This document shows positions 54,814 to 64,000 of a stretch of 64,000 nucleotides of DNA, piece after piece. A program made the position numbers and the translations under genes. This DNA comes from Octopus vulgaris (lineage: Eukaryota): contig OX597834.1 of the NCBI GenBank assembly GCA_951406725.2, positions 19,902,001 through 19,966,000 on the forward strand, written 5' to 3'. The notes below the pieces were generated by a model that saw nothing but the letters and a program-made list of their open reading frames with translations, searched no databases and was not told the DNA's origin. Each line of letters begins with the position of its first letter. Within the stretch, counting starts at the first letter, position 1.

Positions 54814-55209
54814 TACTCTTTTACTTGTTTCAGTCATTTGACTGCGGCCATGCTGGAGCACCACCTTTAGTCGAGCAATTCGACCCCGGGACTTATTCTT
54901 TGTAAGCCCAGTACTTATTCTATCGGTCTCTTTTGCCGAACCGCTAAGTGATGGGGACGTAAACACACCAGCAACGGTTGTCAAGCAATGCTAGGGGGAC
55001 AAACACAGACACACACACATGCACATATATATATATATATATACATATATACGACAGGCTTACTTCAGTTTCCGTCTACCAAATCCACTCACAAGGCATT
55101 GGTCGGCCCGGGGCTATAGCAGAAGACACTTGCCCAAGATGCCACGCAGTGGGACTGAACCCGGAACCATGTGGTTGGTTAGCAAGCTACTTACCACACA
55201 GCCACTTCT
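54814..55209 (-). mobile_element. Young near-full-length CORE-type SINE inserted into an old TTAA-ended MITE
   Basis: The SINE is CpG-rich and near consensus. Flanks 54748-54813 and 55210-~55330 resemble the MITE at 60152-60386. Confidence 0.85.
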
Positions 55210-55602
55210 AATGAAGAATTTAGTAAAATAATTCTGTTATTATTAATCAGGCATTTAGAGCATGATACCAAATATGATTGAAGGTTTTCATTCTTTAGTA
55301 TTTAGACTAGCAAATTTATCTAAACAGTTCGACAACAGGTGGTGCTCCGGCTTGGCCATAGTCAAATGAATTCAACAAACAAACGAATAAAAAATTTAAA
55401 GAATATATATAAACATAATTCCAGTCCCCTGTTCTGTCTCATATTCATTTTGTATAGAACTTCAGCTCTCTCTCTCTTTCTCCCTCCTTCTCTCTTTCTT
55501 TCTCTCTTTCTCTCGCTCCTTCTCTCTCTCCCTCTCTCTTTCTCTCTGTCTGTCTCTCTCTGTCTCTCTCTCTCTCTAGACCATGTATTCTCTTATAAAA
55601 AA

Positions 55603-55666
<64 letters not shown>

Positions 55667-55725
55667 ATATAAATAATATATATACATGCATATATACATA
55701 CGTTTGTGTACCTGCTTACATCTAT

Positions 55726-55761
<36 letters not shown>

Positions 55762-55803
55762 GCATATGTGGGCACAGGACGTCATGAAACATTTACAACA
55801 AAA

Positions 55804-56054
55804 AAGTACGAAGCACAAGTACATGGAACATGAACTATTCTTTCAAACAATGGAAGACACAAATGGAAAACAAAACAAGCATAAAGAACAACCCTTCATC
55901 AGTTGTTGGCTGTTTTTCTAGTCTTGTATTTTGAGCATTTAACTACAGTATACGCTTTTGATAAAACAGTTGCTCCAGCAAAGCAATTTAAATAAAATTT
56001 GCAGAGCGTCAAAATAGGTAACACAAACATGACAGTGAAAACTAATAGGAAGGG

Positions 56055-56107
<53 letters not shown>

Positions 56108-56255
56108 GGTCCCGGGTTGAGTCGGGGTTAACCACTGTAAATAAGGTACTCAATACATAGCAGAGGGTTGTTCTTTATCCTTGTTTTGTTTTCCATTTGT
56201 GTCTTCCATTGTTTGAAAGAATAGTTCATGTTCCATGTACTCGTGCTTTGTGCTT
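55804..56255. repeat. ~92 bp inverted repeat of a Penelope-like tail
   Basis: 55804-55895 pairs with 56164-56255. The adjacent minus-strand caacaactgatgaagggt is also seen on plus at ~31749 and ~42855. Confidence 0.85.
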
Positions 56256-56264
56256 CTATAAAAT

Positions 56265-56301
<37 letters not shown>

Positions 56302-56335
56302 GCACACACACATATATATACACACACACATATAC

Positions 56336-56397
<62 letters not shown>

Positions 56398-57079
56398 GTG
56401 TGTGTGTGTGTGTACAGGCAGGTGGTGTTGTATTGAATGATAAATTTCGTTTCATCATTAATGAAATGAAATTTGTCATTTAGTTGGAAAAAGAAAAGAA
56501 AATCTTTCATGACAATTGTTAGTGACACTCAGATATAAAAATGAGATAATTTCAATTGATTTTCTTTGTATTTGCTGTTGTTGTTGTTGTTGTTGGTGGT
56601 GGTGGTGACTGTGCATCTTATTAGTAATTTGTTATTTGGATATGTCTGTTAATGTTGACCAAAAAAAAACTACGTAAGAAAATAAAGAATCTTAATGAGA
56701 TGGACAGACAAATCTAAGCTAGAAATTAAAAACACGCACCTCCTCATAAACAAACACAGCAATAAAAAAACATCAACCCACAAAAAAATTTTTAAATAAT
56801 TAATCATAAAATAGAAAAATAACAACCAGCCAGTGACTGGCAAAACAGAAACTAATGAACAAACACAAACATGTGATCACAGTAACATCAACGAATATAA
56901 ATATAAATATAGCTCAAAACCAAGTTGTAACAGTTCTCACTTGAAGATTGCCTGTTGCATGAAACTTGAATTGTGAGTCAAACATTCAGAATAATGGAGA
57001 TGAAGTGGCCCACAGGTGTGGTGTCTTTTCACCCTGCCCTTTTGATATAATGCCCTCCATAATGACCTCTACTTCTGTG

Positions 57080-57200
57080 AGATGGCTGGGTTCATGCCAC
57101 CTCCACTAAGGCCCTCTTGACCCATTCATCGCTCTCCTTTTCCATTACCCTTGTGGTGTCCAATCTGCCAAGTTCCACACTAACTTCTGTATCTCGTCCT
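57080..57200 (-). mobile_element. Possible highly degenerate RTE LINE fragment
   Basis: RVMEKESDEWVKRALVEV loosely resembles the RTE motif GHVMR.....WVK. The match is weak. Confidence 0.3.
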
Positions 57201-59061
57201 TCCTGTGGAATCTCTCTCTCCCAACTCATGGCTTTCTTTGCAGGTGTTGACTTACAAAGGTTCAAGCAGATCATTGATGGCATTCAGCTGACGACTCTCA
57301 GAAAGACTACAAAAAGGCCATGGGCAATGTCCCTTCTTTCTCAGACCAATCAGTCCTCTGAGCCAACGAGAATGAAGGGCGAAAGTTATAGTCAGGTCTT
57401 GAAACAAGCCTTGAATACTATTAACATAGTGATAAGTACTAAAGTCACCAAGAGATGGGGTGGCGGTGGCAGCAGTTGAGGTGATGTTGGCGGTAATGGT
57501 GATGATGCTGGTGGTGATGATGGTTGTGGTGGTGATGGTGGTGGTGGTATGAAGCTGGGTGAGTGATCAAGTCTTCTTTCTCTCACTATCAATCTATTTC
57601 ACAGCTTTAGTTTTCATTTAACACCAACAACTTCCTTTCTTTTATTATTCTCTCCTCTTTCAAACACACACACATACACACTCTTACACACATACACGCA
57701 AACACTAACACACACACACACTTACTCACACTCGTGAACACACATACATCTTCTCTCATTATATATATGTAGATAGATGCATGCATACATACACACACAC
57801 CTTAATTACTCTGTTACACTAATTCTCTCTCTCCTCTTTCTCTCTCTCCTCTTTCTCTCTCTCCTCTTTCTCTCTCCCCTCTCTCTCTCTCTTTACTGTT
57901 TTCCACCTCTGTCTCTCTTTCTCCTTTCTCTCTCCCTCTCTCCCCTCCTCTCTTCTTTCTCTCTCCTCTCTTGCTGATGCACGCCCAGGCACACCTACTC
58001 CTCCCCCTCTTCTCTACACAGCACATGTTTCTGCATACTCTCTGTTTCCCTGCATTTCCATGTCTGTCCCATAAACATACACCCAAACCCACCACCACCA
58101 CCACAAACACTGCCACCACATCCACCACCAACATTACTACCACCAGCAGCACTACCACTTGCCACCACATCCACCACCAACATTACTACCACCAGCAGCA
58201 CTGCCACTTGCCACCACATCCACCACCACCACTAAGACATCAACAACAATAACAGCAGCAATTACTATGACTCCCCCCAGTCCAGCCCAGCCCCAAGTGC
58301 CACCTTTAATGTTTTACTGGTTTGTTCATGCAAAGTGTGGCAAGAAGACAGAAAATAGACAATACATGCACACATACACACACACACACACACACATACA
58401 CATTTACATAGATAGATATATACACCTACACATACATATATACATACATCTACACATACATATATATATATATGCATACGTGTATGTATACACACACAGG
58501 CACACACACATATATACATACACCTACATATACATACATATGCATACATGTGTGTGTATACACACACACACATATATATAGATAGTTAAATACATGCATA
58601 CATACACACTTACATACACACATAATACAGATGCACACAGATACACACACCCATGGCAGACTGACATGTCAATATGTACATTTGTAATTCTGAGCCTCAC
58701 CCGTTTTCCCCATAAATCATTGGTAACCCTATCTGAAAAACTTTCCATAATGGATGGACGCTGGTTCTACAATGGTATTTTAATTTATTTATTAGTATTC
58801 TGGACCATCTGTTGAGGCTTGTGAAAATACATTACTTCCATGTCACAGCAGTCATTATTGGCTAACAGCATATAAAATAGTTACATCAGCTGTGAGCTTC
58901 TCTTGACAAGGAGCAAACGCTCAAAGAAATATGGATTATAAAGACGTTTGTAGGTGTGGTATTGGTTTCAATACAATAATGTGTTGTCTAGTTGTTTGGT
59001 CAATGGAGCTACCAGGGTAGGGAGTCAGTGTTGAAGTGGTCAAGCAGTCCATTGGAAATTG

Positions 59062-59415
59062 CATGTTATTTCTTCTCCCTGTCTCACTCTTGGATATTCT
59101 CTGTTTGTGAGTGAGGTAGAGAGTTCCATCTAACATTCCGGTGTGTTGTTCTCCTCTTCCTGTCTCACTCACAGACATTCTCTGTGAGTGAGGGATAGAG
59201 CTTCACCTTCTCGCACTCTGGTTTGTTGTTCTCATCTCCCTGTCTCACTCACAGACATTCTCTGTGCATGAGGTAGACAGCTCCACATTCTGGCATTGAT
59301 ATATTGTTCTCTTCTCCTTGTCTCACATACAGACATTCTCTGTTTGGGAATGAGGTAAGGAGCTCAGCTTTCTCACACTCTCATGTCTTGTTTTCTTGTC
59401 GCCGCCTCATTCACA
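59062..59415. repeat. Diverged minisatellite of ~75-80 bp units (4-5 copies)
   Basis: ctgtctcactcacagacattctctgt...tgaggtagagag recurs through the interval. Confidence 0.8.
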
Positions 59416-60151
59416 GACTTGCTCCAGCATCTGGTCCACTTAGCATACTTCTTAAAGTAGAACTTACAGTCCTTGTCTGACATGAAATGTTAAAAAATTT
59501 TCTGCTTGAAGATTAGCTTAAAGAATTTTTTTTTTTTTTGCTTGCTGTGTCTGCAGAAAGAGGCAGCAATGCCCATGGCTTTTGCAAGCCCTTCCAGACC
59601 ATTCCTCTTGTAACTTAGTAAGGAAAGATACGAGCAGGAAGTGAAAACAAGCAGGAGAATATTCTAGGAAGGAAGGAATGAGTATTGTAGCAAGTGGGCA
59701 GAACCCAGGACAGTAGCCCCTCGGTGTGCTGGTTTCTCTCCCTCTGCATCACTCACCAACAACCTCTATCTATGAGTGAAGCAAAGCACTGGTCAGCTTC
59801 GGTTTGCTTTGGTCAGCCTGAAGCTTTAGTAGAAGACTCTTGACGAAAGTGTCACGCAGTAAAACTGAACCCAGAACCATGTGGTTGGGAAGCAAACTTG
59901 TTACCACACAGCCACACCTGCATCTATATCTGTATGTATTTTACTCAGCATCACCTGACATCATGTAATAACGCTATGTACATATTGTTCTTTAATTTCA
60001 TATTCCATGGAAGCTAATACTTTAACTGCTGGGAATCAGGTTGGAAATTCACAAAAACATTCTGAAATAATTCAATTTTGTCTACAGATTTGCAAAAACT
60101 TGTTTCAGACAAACTATGAATCAGTAAAAGTTAGCTTCCTTTGTTAATACC

Positions 60152-60648
60152 TTAACTCTTTTGTTACCATATTCCTGTTGAGATTCTCTGTGTTTCTTTC
60201 AATTAATTTTAGATATAACAAAGAATTTAGTAAAATAACTTAGTTATCATTAAGTTATCGTTATGTTAGGAACATAAGTTGTGACTAAGGTTTGGTGGAA
60301 GATTTTAATTCAGAACTGTTGAAAACAAGATATTTGTAGTACAGAGCCAGAGGCAATTTCAGGCAGCTTGGTATCAAAAGCATTAAAAGTTGTTTCTCTA
60401 TCATATATATTCACCCTTTTGTTATCATATTTCTGTTGAGATGCTCTGTGTTTCTTAACAATTAATTTTAAATATAACAAAGAATTTAGTAAAATAACTT
60501 AGTTAACATTAAGGAACATAAATTGTGTTAGGAACATAAAATGTGACTAAGGTTTGGGGGAAAATTTTAATTGAGAACTTTTGAAAATAAGACTTTTGTA
60601 CTACAGAGCCAGAGGTGCTTTCAGCCAGGTTGGTAATGAAGCAGTTAA
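60152..60648. mobile_element. Two adjacent copies of a TTAA-ended MITE (60152-60386 and 60410-60648)
   Basis: The imperfect TIRs are ttaactcttttgttacca / tggtatcaaaagcattaa, and the interiors are highly similar. Confidence 0.75.
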
Positions 60649-60708
60649 ATCAGTAAAAGTGTAACTATTTCCTCTATGATTATATTTAATTCAGGTAAAG
60701 TCTTCTTT

Positions 60709-60960
60709 GGAATCATGTGGTCAAGTGGTTAAGGCATTATACTCATGTTCATAAGATTGTGGTTTCAATTCCTGGACCAGGCAATGCATTGTATTCTTGA
60801 GCAAAACACTTCATTTCACGTTGGTCCAGTCCACTCAGCAAAAAAAGTATTAACGAGGTACAATGGACTGTCATCCCATCCAGGAGGGAATATTTATATA
60901 AGCCACAGAATCCAGAGACACTGGCTCTATGAGCCTATGGCTGTGGAAGGGCTTTTCATC
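60709..60960 (+). mobile_element. Diverged tRNA-derived SINE with CORE-like and V-like segments
   Basis: It has A box tggtcaagtgg, B-box-like gtttcaattcc, cttgagcaaaacactt and atggactgtcatcccatccagg. Confidence 0.65.
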
Positions 60961-61039
60961 CTTTCTCTTTTATTTTTGCATTTCTGATTACCTTGACATT
61001 TCTGATTCAAAGATCTCTCTCTCTCTCTTCATATACATT

Positions 61040-61340
61040 CATCATCAACACTGTTTAACGTCTGTTTTCCATGCTGGCATGGGTTGGTCGGTTTGACTGG
61101 GGTCTGGGAAGCCAGGAGACTGCACCAGGCTCCAGTCTGATCTGGCAGTGTTTCTACAGCTGGATGCCCTTCCTAACGCCAACCACTCCGAGAGTGTAGT
61201 GGGTGCTTTTTACGTGCCACAATCACTGGAGCCAGTCAAGGTGGTGCTGGCATCAGCCACGTTCAGATGGTGCTTTTTATGTGCCACCGGCACAGAAGAC
61301 AGTCAGGGCAAGGGGGCTGGCATCAACCAAGTTCAGATGG
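61040..61340 (-). mobile_element. RTE-dependent non-autonomous retroposon (same family as 381-580)
   Basis: Highly similar to 381-580. Confidence 0.75.
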
Positions 61341-62188
61341 TCATATACACACACACATATATAGATGTGTGTATGTGTATGACTTTAAATAAAACCCTCG
61401 ATTCAATAACACTGTGTATAAACTCTATACTTGGAATGACCAGTTTTAAATACTATTGGATTTTACTCATAAGGTATTGGGATCTTATATGTACACCATT
61501 CTGCCTAAAAAAAATGGATCTACAAATACGATATCCCTACACATCTCACATCTATTTTCTTTCTTCCACCTCACTCTCTATTTTGTATCCTATATAAATT
61601 AACTATTATTTAACTATCCTCTCACACCATCTCCAATGAAGGGATATTATAAATATCCTGGAAACAGCTGTAAGACTTTCTGTCTATAAATGTTCTAAAA
61701 TCTACACGGCCTTAGTTTTTTATCTCATTACAAAAAAAAAAAAATTATTTGCATATATATATATATATATACTACTATTTTCATATTGTCACTGATGATG
61801 ATAATAATGCCTCTTTGTGCCAGAGACAACCTCACCCACTCACATTGCAGCCATCACCAACACCACCATCAAAATTGCTACCACTCCCACCACCTTCAAC
61901 ACCAACACCCTCCTCTCCCATCCCCAACACCACCACTACCAACCAACCATTGTCGCCCTCACCGCTGCCACCACTACCAGCACCAGCACCACTATCTCAC
62001 TAACACCTACACCATCATCACCAACCCCACCATGCCCACCATTCCTTTTACCATCAACATCCCCACCATACCAATACCCACATATACCAATAGCTCTCCT
62101 CCACAAAGCCACCACCATCGTTACCACCATGATTTCAACTGCTATTGTTGCTGCTGCTGCTGCTGGTATTTTACATGCCATTTGCATT

Positions 62189-62240
<52 letters not shown>

Positions 62241-62444
62241 CCTCTCTCCACATAGTGATGACAGTAAGTGATGCTCCGGGTGAAGTCAGGACCATAACAA
62301 GGAATTATCTCCTCCACCACCAGCAGCAGCACCACCACCAACAGCATCACCACCATCACCATCAGTGGTGAATGGTTCTTTTACATGTTGGATTTTTGAA
62401 GACATCCTGTCAGTTTGTCTCTGCCTCTCTCTCTCTCTCTCTCT

Positions 62445-62538
<94 letters not shown>

Positions 62539-62618
62539 GTATATGTGTGTGTGCATGTGTGTGTGTTCTGTTCACACATATTAATACATAGGTATGCACA
62601 TACACATAACATGTATGC

Positions 62619-62657
<39 letters not shown>

Positions 62658-62925
62658 GAAACAGACAGACAGAAGCATATATGGATATTTGTATGTATGT
62701 GTGTGTGTATAAATATATATATATATATATGTATATATATCACCGTGACCGACCAGGCTATCAGATGTTGCTACACATTGCTGGTTACAATGCACTTTGC
62801 ATTGTTTTAGCCTTCAAATGACGCCACCCCGCTGGCTAAGCGAGCAGGCCAGTATATATATATATATATATAATGTATGTATGTACATAGGCATTGAGTG
62901 TTTGAAGTATTGTACAGATATTGTA

Positions 62926-63090
62926 TATTGACAAAAAGGAGGCAATCAGAATTTTGGAGAATCCATTATTACTGCTTTCGTTCGTTTACGAACTCATCGA
63001 GATTTTGATTTTACCTTGATGAGTTCATAAACTAGCGAAAGTGCTAATAGAGGATTATCTAAAACTCTGACTGCCTCCTTTGCCTCAATA
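62926..63090. repeat. 76 bp-arm hairpin element with hammerhead-core motifs on both strands
   Basis: 62926-63001 pairs with 63015-63090 around a 13 nt loop. A GAUGA-stem-GAAA motif lies in each arm, in opposite polarity. Confidence 0.8.
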
Positions 63091-63106
63091 TATATATGCA
63101 TATATA

Positions 63107-63148
<42 letters not shown>

Positions 63149-63521
63149 GGACACACACGCACACAGAAATAGACCGTTACTTACACGCATGCACACATAC
63201 ACATAGATACACATGTATGCTTATGTATTTATCAATAAACACCTCCATCTCTGTATTAATTTCACCCCATATCTCTTCCATCATTCTTTTTTATTCTTTA
63301 ATCTAAATAGACTTTAAAATCCCTTTAAATAAACCTGCCTCACTTTTCTTAGTTTACCCACTCTCTCTCTCTCTCTCTCTCTCTATCTCCTGCTCTCCGT
63401 CCTCTATGCCAAAGCCCCTTTTCTCTCTCCATCTCTTTGTGTGTGTCTTTCTCTCTCTCTCTCTCTATCTGTCTTTCTCACTTTCTCTCTCTCTCTTTCT
63501 TTATCTCTCTATCTATCTATC

Positions 63522-63552
<31 letters not shown>

Positions 63553-64000
63553 CTTTCTCTCATTCTCTCTCTCTCTCTCTCTCTCTCACTGTTTATCTAT
63601 CTATCTTTCTCACCCCTTTCTCTGTCTTTCTCTCTTTCTCTCTTTCTATCTATCTATCTATCTTTCTACCTCCCTCCTTCCCTCTTTCTTTCTCTTTCTC
63701 TCACACTATCTATCTATCTATCTGTTTATCTATCTATCTATCCCTCTTTTCTCTCTCTCTCACCCACTCTCTCTCTCTCTCTATCTATCTCTTTCTTCCA
63801 ACTTCTTTACTCTTCCCCCACCATCTCCCTCTTTGTCTTCCATGTCATTCCTCATATCTCTCTAAATCTTTCTTTTCCCCCTTCCACTTCACTCCTCCCC
63901 CACCACCACCACCACCACCACTCTATCTCTCCTTCTTTATATTTTCCTCCTTATTTCTTATAAGCCTTATCGTTTTCCTTCTCACTTCCCTCATTATTTC

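Overview
This is AT-rich eukaryotic DNA made almost entirely of microsatellites ((TA)n, (CA)n, (TATG)n, (TAA)n, (CAT)n, (GA)n) and interspersed repeats. The tRNA/CORE-type and Nin-type SINEs and the extreme microsatellite load suggest an octopus genome (inference). It reads as intronic or intergenic sequence: I found no credible host exon, and nearly all ORF-track entries are translated simple repeats. Supported features are many tRNA-derived SINEs, RTE and R4/Dong LINE fragments, a degenerate C2H2-finger remnant, TTAA-ended MITEs, minisatellites and a 5'-truncated tRNA-Gly(TCC) chimera. A ~10.9 kb block (25681-36527) is repeated at 36628-47745 across a 100-N gap and is probably an uncollapsed haplotype. 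The most interesting signal is a diverse set of short elements inserted in (TA)n tracts that carry minimal Penelope-type hammerhead ribozyme (HHR) motifs. These include a G3-C8 core-swapped variant, a tRNA-headed HHR element, an internally deleted Penelope-like element, and fold-back elements with HHR cores, one of them with cores on both strands. All structures were read by eye; no folding or database search was run.
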